Assembly: GCA_977030845.1 (NCBI GenBank)
Contig: OZ365113.1
Coordinates: 26,226,001 to 26,290,000 of the forward strand
Direction of reading: 5' to 3'
Source of the DNA: Fimbriosthenelais zetlandica
Lineage: Eukaryota
DNA length: 64,000 nt
Below the pieces are notes generated by a model that worked only from the letters and a program-made list of their open reading frames with translations, searched no databases and was not told where the DNA came from. The translations under genes and the position numbers were made by a program. Shown here in pieces: positions 26,886 to 39,548 of the stretch; the stretch's first letter is position 1, and the number at the start of each line of letters is the position of its first letter.

Positions 26886-28800
26886 GTGAGCCTAGAGGAG
26901 GTACTAACTTGGCTCTTTTCCTCCAGCCTTTCCATTTTTGATGCCATGGCAAGGTCAATAGAGGCTTGCCAGCAGCGATCAATGCCTCGTTGCAATGTAC
27001 CCGTCTTGTGATGGAATGGTGTCTACTTTGAACTATAGGTGTAAAAGACAATGTCACGGCTACTTATATTAACCAACAAAGGGGTGTTGATATAGGGGGA
27101 GGTCGCAACGAGTGATCCGTCAATGTTAACACCTTGAATGCCTATTCTGAACAAAAATTAACAAAAACAATTGAGAAATCTAATCTGCATCTTAAAGAAA
27201 ATATGCGTCTCAAGTCTGCTCTATGAGTGCATAATAATCCATTTCCAAGTTAAGAACATCTATACCGATCTACAAAGCGCCTTGTAGTCTTGAATGGAAT
27301 TAGAAAACTGTGCGCCATATAATAGTATATGCATTGAGTTATTCCAACTTCTATTGTTCGTTGATGCATAATTTTTGCAGACATTATACTGTTCTACCAT
27401 GCAATGTATCGTGAAGTAAGTATAGGGTCTTGAATTGATAATGTTCTACAGCTTTTGTGGGAAATAATACATCTTTGAAGGAGGGACTTTCAAAATTATC
27501 AAAAGGAAAGCTCAGGGGAACTATAGGTTCCAGGTCAAAGAATGGCATCGAGGCATGCACTGAGGAGAAAGGTAACTTTTACCTGAAGATTACCTGGAGG
27601 TTAATTCCCATCCCAGCAAATCTCTACTCAACATGGGAGGAACCCCCGGTTTCACGCCCATGCAAGCAAGCAATAAAGGCGTTGCATTCCAAGAGCCTCA
27701 GCGGCGTGCAGGCTGGCCAACTCCACAAGCCCTAGTCATATCAATGTTTAATTACATGTGGTGGCCTGGTCTGCATGGGGAAGGAATCTCATTCACACGT
27801 ACATGGGAACTTCTTTGGTAACTTAAGCGTGTGATCCACTTAATATGATGTTCTGATTTGTTTAATGTATATTTTTCCACATAATGAATCTCAATGTATG
27901 GGTGTTATACATATCCATGTATGTGGTAACTCCACTGGAGTTTCTACCGCAGCTGCCGCAAGCAATTGCCGCAGATGCCGCAAGCAACTGCCGCTAACTG
28001 CGAAACTAAGACATTCAGCAAGAAAATGAGGGGCTTGTGGCACTTGCAGTTGCCTCATCTGCAATGAAGAAAAATCAGCTGCAACGGAATTGCTGTAGCC
28101 TACTCATAAGTAGTAGAACTTGCAGTGAATGATCACTGACGATATCTTCTGGGCGGTTCCCAAACTTGTGAGAAGGAATTGGAACACGAGTTCGTAGGTG
28201 GATCACACGCCTTACTAGTCGTGGTTCGGATGCTCATCTGGAGGGAGATCTAACTGAGACATTAATCGATTTTCCAGATGAAAGGCTGCTCTATTACAAT
28301 TTTTATTCGGTAGTTTTTCTAGGCATTACAGAGCTGACTGAGCTGCAATGTCGGTTATAGTTGAAAACCTTTAGTTTCCATATTGCACTGAAATCTTGGA
28401 CGTTTACATGTAGTATGTATGTGTGCATATCATAAAGTACCTGTCAAATAGGAATACCTTCAACTTTAAGACTAGAAAATAAAAGTTTTGGAAAAGAACT
28501 AGTGCTCCATATATATATTGTAATCAAGGTAAGGGGGGTTAGAATTCTCTAGTCCAACTCTCCCGGAACGGTCTCGGTATAATATCAGTTAAACTTCAAC
28601 TTACAGGTAAGTCTCAGTTAACTGAAATATTATCAATGCCAAGTCTATAGATGGGACATTTTTACGCTGAAACAGGCCCCAGTTCATGAAGTGAAAATAC
28701 CAGGTTTTACCCTTGGCAGTCTCTTCTTTGTTTCCGAACTCCTGAACAAAGTCAATTTCTATAGAGTAGAGACTTTATACTGTGTTCAGTGAGGGTGTGA

Positions 28801-28874
28801 AGCTGGCATGGAGCACCCAGCTGGCATGGAGCACCCAGCTGGTATGGAGCACCCAGCTGGCATGGAGCACCCAG
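28801..28874. repeat. 18 bp tandem repeat x4
   Basis: agctggcatggagcaccc repeated four times with one substitution. Confidence 0.95.
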
Positions 28875-31551
28875 TACACAGCAGGGAGCTAACCTTTACT
28901 ATACAGCACCTGATTTCAGCTGTCTCCAATATGACCGACATCTTAATTGAGTTGCTAGATTGAAATGGATAATCTACATCAGTCAGACATCACTCAGAGT
29001 GGTACTCACAAAGTTTAGAAGATAAGTAGATGGTGGTTAACAGCGGAGTTTGTCTCACAGACAGGTTCTGTTTACTCGAGAACATTTCTCTCTGGGTAGC
29101 TGTCTGGCTTGTCAATAGACATACACGTCTCCCTCTCTTATAGCTTATAGCGAGTCTACAGTTTTTTCTGGAGTTGAGTTTTATCCAAGGGAGTTGGGAA
29201 AGTGTGAACTCATAACAGTTCCTGATTGACCTTGATTCAAGAAAGAATTCTTATTTTCCTTTCAGAAATATAGCAACGCATCTCCAGTGCAAATATACGT
29301 CCTAATGTTCAATCTCGTGGAAAGCGAGATCGGCGACGAGATCCTAAGTTACTTCTCGGCTACGACTTCCGCTTTGTGTAATCAATGATGTCAGTGAGCC
29401 AATCAGAGGCCTGCCTCGCCTTCAGCCCGTGGCTAGCCCACATTTCCGGGTTGTTGGGGGTGGGAGGGATCCCTCTAGTGGGCTGTCCAGGTACTAAAAG
29501 CAATAAACCTTACTGGCTGAGTAACTCGGGAGAGCTCCTCGTAGGAAAGCAGGAGAAAGCCCTGCCTTTTACTCCCAGCTTCCCACACTAAGATAAGTAC
29601 TTAAGGAGATAACTGGGATTCTGCGTTTAAGTCGTAAAATCCAAGCCCACATTTCAACAGGTCCATATTTCAAGGGCCAGATCGAGATGTTCCAGACTCT
29701 GTAAATTGTATGCAAAGCCAGAGGGGCCTAAATGGATTCTCAAAGTTTCAGAGAAGGAAAAAGAAAAAAGTTGAGGGGAAAAGCGTCTGGCCGCCTTTGA
29801 AAAAATGATCCATGTGGATATAGTCTGTGACAAGATAACACTTTGATTTGTCCCGGCTCCACTCACCTAAGTGATTTAAGTCCTAGATGGAATACACATG
29901 TCTTCAGACTTGAAGGTTGTACGAGACCAGCTCAATATTTGTGATTGAGGAAGTCGTTTAGGGTCAGAGAGGTGAATCACATTCAAATCAGGAAACTGTG
30001 GTGTGCAATAATCAAGAGCATCAATTTGATACATTGTTTGCAACTAATTTTTGCAACAATTCTTTTTTGTAGATTTTGTTGAGGACATCAAGCATCACGT
30101 TTCATCAGCTTGTTTGGAAAGACGCCAGAACATAATATAAAGAAATAAAGATAAAGGACAAAAGATGTCAGCTCATATGACATTAGGCATGCATACAACA
30201 TCTGGGGGCTTAAACTTGTGATCCTAGGCCTACTAAACAGGCCAGAGTCGCGTTGCTGCCTCCAAAAGAACCCTTCTTTGCATTGCAGGAAGCAATTTAT
30301 TTAAGAATAGCAATTCCTGGCCTGTTGCTCCTCGCCCGGGAGCTGTTTCTCATCGGCTATTCCGACTTAGCCACTAACAAGAGCTTAACCCAACATTTAT
30401 CTACAATTGGCCGCCATTAGGGCAAAAAGAGAGAGTAACTCTCCTGTCTCGGAGGTAGGAAAACGTCTTCCGCTTCCCCAACATTCTCCGGGTAACATCA
30501 ATTGACATTGGTTACTATGGAAACCAAATATATACAGAATGCAAATACTGTGTTAAAGTTCCATTTCTTATGCGTTTTTTTCGCAGGGAGAAATCCCAGA
30601 ATGGAAAGCCTGCATGAATGGGTTAAAATCAGCAAATTTCTAACTGATTGCATGATGATTTCACAGGAGAAATTAGGATGACATTTACTATTTTCGTAGA
30701 GAAACTTAATTAACTGACCCAAATTTCAGTCCATTAATTACGACAGTTTGAAATGTAGCGTGTGTGAATGGTTTTTATCAACCCATACGGGAGTTAATTT
30801 ACTTCCATCTCAAAAGTTTCTCAAGAACTAATTAAATGGGTGACATTTCAAGTTCAACTTGAATGGGGGGAAAAGCAAAATAATTTTAGCTAAGTCATAT
30901 TTTTAAGCAATTTCTTGAGTCATTTGGAAATCATCGCTTAGACACATGTTCAGGAGCAGAAACAAGTTCACGAGGGAAGTGAATGTCATGCATAATTTGA
31001 ACAAGACTCTTTCCACACTCCTCGAAAATGTTTTTAAGTAAGCAAAAAGGCAAGGACGCGCAACCGGTTCAACATTGGAGGGAGGTATATACAGAGAATA
31101 AGAAATTGTGTGATTGTTGACAAAGTATATAAATAATAAGCATAGAGAGAGTCAAGTTTAGAATAAATAGGGCATTTGTCTTCAACAGATGCATGAGCTA
31201 ATGAAATAGTTATAATAGTACAATAGCCAAAACCTCATAATTATACATGTAATAGCAATTTCGACTGAACTGTTGAATGCATGTGAATCAATGATTCAGA
31301 ACTTGAACAGAAATGTAAAAGCCTTGGTCTTAACTATGGGCTATTTTCAGAATTAATCTACAGCGGTATATTTGAGACACATTCTCAGATTTTGCCTTAC
31401 ATTGAACATTATCATTCATCAATGCAGAAATGCTGAGTTATAAGCTAGTTTATGTGAGTTCCTGGTCAGAATTGATGGCCACCAAGCATTCCTGTCTCCC
31501 CTATGAACTGTATCACGCTGCTTAACGCGGGTTAGTTGACGGATTCAGCAA

Positions 31552-31756
31552 ACCTGGCAGACACAAATCCGAGTCTCCAATCCGTCGCCATCCGAACGGT
31601 CCCCATTTCTAAAGACATCCAACTATTGAAATGTTGTCAGCGGTTAGCCTTGTCTACGTGTATTTGACCGTTCAAATCACAAGCATTTGGTGTGAATAGT
31701 TTTGGACAGTTATCGGATGGATCCGGATAGAGAATCGAATTAGTGTGTTCCAGGCT
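31552..31756. mobile_element. MITE family C, opposite orientation, diverged
   Basis: Ends ggatccggatagagaatcgaattagtgtgttccaggct; the interior is the reverse complement of the 24.8 kb copy. Confidence 0.8.
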
Positions 31757-31980
31757 TATCTTTCTCCCCACCTACTGCTACACCTCCCCACATGCTAGCC
31801 CCTCCCCCTTCTCCTTTTCATCCTGATGAATTGGATTTTCAGAATTTTTCCCCCGAGGTTTCTCCAGATGAAATGTTAATGTCTTCCTAAATACTTCTTT
31901 CGCGTTTATTGACGGGAAATAAAAAATAAATAAAAATAATAAAGGTTGTTTCATAGATTTTCATCTTAATAGATATCGGC

Positions 31981-32209
31981 TGGGGTTCTTTTGCCTTTTG
32001 TTGGGGTACTTTTGCCTTTTGCTGGGGTACTTTTGCGAGTGTTGCGATTCTTGCGGCTCGCTTTACTATGGCCTCAACTGCCATAATTATCTGCAGCACC
32101 ACTCGCAAATATGAAGACCCTTCATTGGCAAGACCAATAGCAAGCCCCTATATACTATAGTGCAGTTACACTTGCGGCAGATGCAGCAAAAATCCAATGG
32201 AGCTATCTC
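31981..32209. mobile_element. MITE family E with 23 bp tandem duplication at its left end
   Basis: (tggggt.cttttgccttttg.) x2.5, then family E body, ending aaaatccaatggagctat. Confidence 0.7.
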
Positions 32210-32602
32210 ATATAAGCAAACAAACAAAAATTAACATAGTTCCTTTGAAATAGAAATAACGGAAGACATGAAACGTTTTACAACATAAAAATGAGTATTT
32301 AGTCAGATCAGTTTGTCAGTACGACATGAGAAGTTAGAACAACTCACATGAGATTACATGATAACTATGTCAAGTACTGAAGGCACAGCTAGACACGACT
32401 TAATACAGCCTGATAGAGAGTGATAAGCAGATATAGGCATTCACTCAATGTGATAGGAACAGGTGAAGTCTTTTCATGTCTGTGTGCATATCAATTTAGA
32501 TGCAGTAAATCAGACGCAGGTGTAAGATAGAGAGGAGAAAAACACAGCCATGGGCCACCCATGTTCTCACTGCCCCACGTCCCCTCATAGTTACTGTTCT
32601 AA

Positions 32603-32813
32603 AGCCGGGACTCCACTGCTGCGATTCTGCTTGCGACACTACTGCGACAAAGGTGATGCTTGTGAAGTTGTGTAAGAATCAAATTTATAAATTGTGGTTC
32701 AAGTGTCCAAGGCCTTAAGGCCGTCCTCCAATGGTAAATTTATCATTGAAACACAAGCATCACCTTTGTCGCAGACGTGTCGCAAACAAAATCGCAGCAG
32801 TGGAGTCCCGGCT
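32603..32813. mobile_element. MITE family D (PIF/Harbinger-like, long TIRs)
   Basis: TAA|AGCCGGGACTCCACTGCTGCGATT...GCGACAAAGGTGATGCTTGTG pairs with CACAAGCATCACCTTTGTCGC...AATCGCAGCAGTGGAGTCCCGGCT|TAA; TIRs about 65 bp. Confidence 0.9.
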
Positions 32814-32963
32814 TAAGATCGAGAGGTGCATCTTGGCAGACGGATTGCCAAAGCAATCTAGCCCTCGCAAGTGTCACAAGTGGAAGAGCGTAGCGTAGCC
32901 AGGAGTGACGCACACATTAATTGCTGAGAGCACGATTATTTTGGCAATCCGTACATCCGTATG

Positions 32964-33003
32964 ATCTGGGACCTGTTTCAGCGTTCTGAAACAGGCCCCA
33001 GAT
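32964..33003. repeat. 18 bp-arm hairpin made of two abutting TIR-like ends
   Basis: atctgggacctgtttcag-cgtt-ctgaaacaggccccagat (one mismatch). Single arms also occur at about 28667-28682, 34953-34968 and 61472-61486. Confidence 0.7.
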
Positions 33004-36000
33004 TGCCCAAGTTTACTTTTATTTTTAAGGGAATAGATTGTTTATTCAAAAAGGCGGATTTGGACGATCCTCCTGAGGAAACCACCTACAATGTATTCTG
33101 CAGTTAGTAATAGGAAGACAAAGGACTAATATTTGGTTGTCCTCATTAATTTTTTCACCTGCAAATAAATTACCTAACTATTCCAGTGAGATTCAAGAAG
33201 CAGAACTATAATATAATTATAGCTATGCACAACAGATTTTCAGACGATGTTAGTTGCCACAGGGGGAAAGCCCCTCAGTATTATATTAAAACCATTTAAT
33301 TATGAACTCATTAATTAAATTTATTGTAATAGTGAACCCAGCAGGGACAGGTCTTGCCTGCATTGTACCTGATTAGCAATGCGTCACAAGTGGAACATTT
33401 TGAACAAACAAAATAATAGGAAATTGAACAATCCTAGCAACTAATCTGCATGCATGTATCGAATTAACTATTAAACATATCCATATTATTATGCGGCCTT
33501 GAAGATCAAAGCTTAATGTCGGAATTTAATAATCCTCTCCATATGATCTGTTGTAAACCTTGAGGGCAAAAGCCTTGTATATAAAACCAATGGTAATACA
33601 TAATTCATTATGGCGCAGTCACGCATCTTGTATCGTTACCTAATAAAACCCCAAATACTTCTAGATGGAAAATAAGTTGATAAATGTAATTACTCATGGT
33701 CGATGACGGATCCGCTGCTCCGTAGGAACATCTGAAGTGTTCCCTAGAGACTGTCTTCTCAGCGGAATCTCCTCGTCCCACTCCTTCCTAATTGAATTTA
33801 CAAACAGAAGCAATGTCTTCTGCTGGCGGCGTTTCTTTTCGCGGCTAACGTTTAGCCCGCTTAATGTCTGTTTATGACCGGACGACATTCTCCCTCCACG
33901 GATTCCTGTTTCCTTTGGTATTCTGTAATCAGTGTTGTATGGCCGGTGGCATATTTGGTATTTATAAGGCACTTCAAGTCGGGATTTGCAAGCTTACCAT
34001 ACATGCCATACGGCTGGATTTCCATCTAGAGGACTGCTGTCACTAATCGATATAGATGCGTTCCAACATAAGGTTTATAAGGGTTGCCATAAACTGGGGT
34101 TGCCCAAATTTCCTGATTTTTCCCTGACAAATTAAATGTTTATCCTGATCAATATGACAAGAAAAAACCACCTCCTCCCATACTTACAATTGTCATTTCC
34201 TCTCATCTAAAATTTCATTTCATAATACAGGCTTATCACAATGGTGGGCGGGGATTCCCTAAGTTCTCTCTGACCTTGAAAAACTAGGTTTTCTCTGGTT
34301 TTCCACTGACCTGTGGCAGCCATGATTGCCCTCGAGAGAACCAGAACAAAATGGATCCTGAACGGCTTATTATCAGGGGTGCTGCTTTAGCTTAAGAAGT
34401 GGTTCAAATTTTGTAGTGCATTTCATTCCACAAGTTGGTTTCAGCTTTGGTTAAGCTGCAGCCATTGGTCACAGTCATTCAAGCCGGATAGAGCCTCCTA
34501 TATACATGTTGTCCTTGGTCTTCACTTTGATTCATTGCCTCCTACATCCATCAGTTGCCCGGCTGCTTCCGGAGCCATGGAGGAGACGGGCTGACCAGCG
34601 CTCCATCACCTCGCTGAATGGTCATCGTCATTCTCTCACACGTGTGAAGGACATATTCATTTGTTAAGGCATAACAAAGTGCGGGTCATTCACCAGCGAG
34701 TTGACAGTCTGAGCCCTGTGGTGTATCAGTGCCGGTCAAGGCCTAATGCCACTGTTATTAGCATGTCATTCAGGGATCCAGTCACTCGACACCTTGTCCG
34801 ATTCACTGGCCTTGTTTGGTCAGTAAGAAAGGACATATTCTATTACACGCGGATTAGGTGTGGATGAAGGCTTGACCATAGTGGAAGATGACTGACCAGC
34901 AAGAGCCAGTTTCAAATTTTAGGAATAGTCTTAGCATTGCTATAATGGTCATCTGAAACGGGCCCCAGGTAACTTTTATGATTGTAGCTGGTAGGGAAGA
35001 AGTTAGTAGGAGAGGAAAGAATGTGGTAGCGGTAGATGCACTAGGGTTCTTTTGCCTTGCGAGTGTTGCGATTTGTTGCAGCTAGACATATATAGTTGAT
35101 GAGCATTTCTATTCTATTTCACTCCCTCACTCTCTCCTTCACTTTCTCTTCTCCCTGTCTCTCTGTCACTCACTCTCATTCTCTTCCCCCATGTACTCTC
35201 CTTCTCCCACGCTATGGCACACCAATATACTCTCTCTCTCTCTCTCTCTCTACTCTCTAGCTCTCTCTCTCTCTCTGTGTTTCAAATCAATATAATACAA
35301 TTTTAATGAATGTATTCAGCTGGATGTCAATTGCATATAAATATGGCCCACGGTTGCGCTATGATTCACTAGTCCACAGAGCACATGTACAACAGAGCCA
35401 GCTGCCAAACATCAATACTCCAATGGCCAAAACATAATACTATACATACAAGTTAAATTTTTTTTTAGTTCCACTTCGGTCATTTCATATCCAAAATTCA
35501 GTTTCTAGATGACATGATTAAACATGTCATGACAAATCGAAACATGATAGTATGTATGTATTCATAATAATGCTAGTATGAACGTATATTCTAATTGTAA
35601 TGATTGATATCTATTGCAGAAAGCTTGCAATATGTCTAACATCAGGGTCATTGCACTAGCCATTGGTGTGACACTCTCCTGGCACTCTCGCGGATTGCGG
35701 GCGCTGAAAGTGCACTCCACAAAACCCTCTTCTGGCAGAACTATCATGAAAAATTCCATTGCAATGAGGGCAATTATATGTCTGGCTATGCACATTGGAA
35801 GAGATGGAAACAGATTATTTGGCTCGCGATAAACATAGAATATGGCAATTATTTAGTGATCTACGCAGATGTTACGTCTAGGACTGTAAGCAGCTGTCGA
35901 TGTACAAAATACGGGCTTATTATCTAAGCACATTGATCGTTACTATACAACTTATCGACTCAAAACGCATGAGGCTCACTTTTTATGCGCATGATTGTAA

Positions 36001-36537
36001 AGGATAACAACTGCTAGTCATAATTTATGATCAATTGAATGAATTTCTTTTGAATAATTGAAAATTTAAACTAGTTCTATATGCAAGGTTGTCAAGTTAT
36101 TGTCCATGATTCAATTATAATCGGTGGCAAAAATAATGAATTATGGAATTCGTGTTAAAATGGGTCGAAGTCACCATATTGCTATGACTTTAGAAAGAGA
36201 AGAGAAATTTATGGAGAAGCACGGTCATAAACAACCCGGAAGAAGTGATTCTGAAAATTGGATTTTTCATTCTGATTGACCTGCGGTTGAATCTATGAAT
36301 CAAGGGTCCAGACAGAACTAGCTATCGCGGACGGGGGCAAATACCGTGGAAATATGTTATATATTTAAGTATGATTAATACATATATATAAGATTTATAT
36401 TTTGGTAAGCATCGTGGTCGGGTGTCGGGACCACAGCAGGGTGAGAGTCAATGAAGGCGGGCCAGCCCGGGCAATTACACCGTGGAATTATAGGGTTCAC
36501 AGAGATGTATATGTAGTGGGTGTAATCTATCACTTAC

Positions 36538-36605
36538 CAGACCAACAAGCCTGCTTTTCTGATGGATTCATTTGCAACTCTCCGGGGGGTATACTCACTC
36601 CAGGC
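36538..36605 (-). other. Candidate 68 nt internal exon
   Basis: Acceptor ggtattttttttcctttcattttag and donor CTG|GTAAGTG. Two frames are open (AWSEYTPRRVANESIRKAGLLV or PGVSIPPGELQMNPSEKQACWS). Confidence 0.35.
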
Positions 36606-36835
36606 CTAAAATGAAAGGAAAAAAAATACCAACGCTGTTTTCCCAGGGGAAGAGATTTTTACCAAAATGTATAGAGTAAGGTTGTAGATGTGTAGTTCCA
36701 TTACACTTATCAATAATGTAATATATCAAGATTATATGGTGGGTTTTTTGTTTGGGAGTTCCCACAACGAAGTGAGGGAGTGAGGCAATATTTTTTTCCA
36801 GTAAGAAATTTCTCAGCATCTCAGGAATATCTAGT

Positions 36836-36995
36836 ACATGCCTCTCACCGTAGACAGTTGGAGACATGACTGGTCTTTGATATCCCAGTTAGCAGCACTG
36901 GTGCACAAAGCAGCACAATGGCAATGCTTGGGGAATTGAACCTGTGACCTATTCCTTTCAAGCTGAATATTCTACCACCTTAGCCACAGCTCCAC
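36836..36995 (-). mobile_element. SINE family B copy
   Basis: Minus strand reads ggagctgtggctaaggtggtagaa (A box)...caggttcaattcccc (B box)...gatatcaaagaccagtcatgtctcc. Confidence 0.7.
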
Positions 36996-38118
36996 CCATG
37001 CACTCCCTCAATAATGTATGAAGCTTTACACAGGAGTTTGTATACACATATAGCACCTTAGACTCAGTTGTCTAAAATGCAGTTTAAAAATCTGCACTAC
37101 CAAAATCCCTAAGGATGAGGCAGTATTTTTCATTTTCCGAATCTGACTAAAATGAACGGAGAAGTTGGAAACCTACTCAACAGGTATTAGACAATACCAG
37201 ATTGGGAGAATGGGGAGGAGGGGGAGGAGGGGGAGGAGGGGGAGAATGGGGAGGAGGGGGAAAAGGGGGGGGGGAGGGGGAGAATGGGGAGGAGGGGGAG
37301 AATGGGGAGAATGGAGAGGAGGGGATATCAATTTAGGAATTAACAAGAGAGATTAAAGTGGGTTTTAAGGGAGCAGAAGGGGGGATTGTGCGGCTGGTGG
37401 GATGGATGGTGTTGGAGTGAGCGGGGATTGTGAGGGACGTTAAAGGACTTTGTCACCCCACCATCGTCCTGATCCTGCTCAAGGCAGCTGAGATCCCACT
37501 CCGCCCCTCGTGTCAGAGTGCTGAAAGTGTTGTACAATCCTCAGAGCTGCCAGAGCAATCCCACTCCCTCTATAGTAAATGGAAGAGGAGGGGTCAGAAT
37601 TCATTGCCACATATGTACAGCACTGCCAATCTGACAAGTATATACATTATTATACGCTAGCTCCCGCGGGGAAGATAATTTGTTTTCTGGGAACATGTGG
37701 GAGTTGCGAGTTGTGAGGAAGAAGAAGTAGTACCCACGCCCAATAACATGTTCCCGGGAAATCATGGAGTTGTAGATTTTAATAAATTGGGAAATGTAAG
37801 AAACTGTGCATTCTTTTGCTTCGATGTATTTTGTTTCGGTCATTTTCTTTTCCCTTCTTGGCTGCAAGATCAAAACCTTGTAGAATATAGGCCTACAATA
37901 TATTCGTTGATAGTAGTAATAAAGTAAGTCAAATGTCAACTTAGACAAGCAAGTATTTTTTTCGATTGGAACAATTTCAAGGGCTGGTCTAAAATGGAAG
38001 TATAGCCAAGAAAATAGGAGTACAGTACAAAAACCAAGATCTATTATTTATTTCCATACAGCCTAGGCTATGTATATAATATCAATAGAAACCTTTTAAA
38101 GTGGTGAGCTGACTCTAA

Positions 38119-38323
38119 AGATGGGACTCCACTGTTGTGATTTTGCTTGTGACACCTCAGCGAATAAGGTGATCCTCGTGTTGCAATGAATAATGTACCA
38201 GTGGAGGACAGCCTTAATGTCGGCCTTGGACACTTGGCCCAAAATATAAAATTTCATTGCGACACAAACATTACTTTTGTTGGAATAGTGTTGCAAGTAA
38301 ATCGCAACAGTGGAGTCCTGGCG
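38119..38323. mobile_element. MITE family D, diverged
   Basis: TAA|AGATGGGACTCCACTGTTGTGATTTTGCTTG...AATCGCAACAGTGGAGTCCTGGCG|TAA. Confidence 0.8.
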
Positions 38324-38846
38324 TAATTGATGGAGTGCTCTGCAGTAACGGTCCCAGCCAAATCTCACAGCTTGCAGGGAGACGTCCCTTTGGGAACTGC
38401 TACACAACAGAGCATATGTCCAAAATACAAGCCGGAGATCAAGGGCTTCTCAACCAACCTTTCCACCGTAATCCCATTGATTGATCTGGTTAAACAATAT
38501 CACTAGCAACCAATTTACGTCAGCCGGCGTCCCACTGTGGTTCAATAAGGAGAGCATTGCTGATAGAGAGACAGCACACTCAACGGTGGACAGGGGAACA
38601 GAGGCAATGATGATGAGCATTGACTTTGATTTGAAGGTGGATGTGATGTTGCTATCTGAAGATATGAAAAATGACCGTAGATTTGTTCAAGGGCTAAGTT
38701 TATGGGTCATGGCAGAGGCATGCGTTGTAATTCCGTTTTGTTGCAACGACATCGCGACAAAAATGAAACACGTTTTCTGCTCTGGGGACTGTACTTCTCG
38801 GCAACGATAGTTCTTTCGAGTGGCCTTTTAAATGAAGCTTAATTTG

Positions 38847-39003
38847 CACAGACAGTGGGAGACATGGCTAGCCTTCTATACATGTTTCTCACCACAGATA
38901 GTGGTAGACATGGCTGACTTTTACATGCCTCCCACCTCAGTCAGTGGGAGACATGGCTGTCTTTTACATACCTCTCACCACAGATATTGGTAGACATGTC
39001 TGA
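38847..39003. repeat. ~43-46 bp tandem array (3.5 units) derived from the SINE family B tail
   Basis: Units such as cacagacagtgggagacatggct...tttacatgcctctcac match the family B 3' end and are repeated head to tail. Confidence 0.75.
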
Positions 39004-39458
39004 AATTCTTACAAGAAATAAAACTTGGGGAGACCATTCCATGATGCAAAATGATCATCTTCTGAATGTTTACCAACATCTTGTCGGCCATGTCCGCCAG
39101 GCTTTGCGTCTCCCTGCTGCAGGGCCAGCAGCTGATAGGACACACGAGATTCAGCCACGTCTCGCGATAATCCCGTAGGGTCTCGCCTTGATTGCACTCG
39201 CTCGGCGAGATCTCTTACAAGAAACACAAACGTTGGCGCTTTCAACTTTCCTAATGCGAGATCAGAGGCATGGGTATACTGCATTATAGTCCGGTGAGCA
39301 ATGGATCTTTATTTGCTCAGGCTTTAATTCTGTTGGCATAGGAGTCAATGGGAAGAAATGGAAACGTCAGAACTTGGAGAGCCGGAGAGAAAAAGGTTCC
39401 TTTAAACCTAGCGTTAATCACACGTGATTAATTTTCTAATGGGTTTACTCTTTCTCAG

Positions 39459-39548
39459 GTCTCTAGCTCAAGGACGTTGAACATTCTGCTTGGCTACAAA
39501 ACACGACTTTGCGAGTGGGGATTGCTTATTGCTTTATTATATGTAAAG
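39459..39548 (+). other. Candidate 90 nt exon
   Basis: Branch-like ttctaat, acceptor tttactctttctcag, donor AAG|GTATGC. Phase 0-0 is open (VSSSRTLNILLGYKTRLCEWGLLIALLYVK). Confidence 0.3.
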
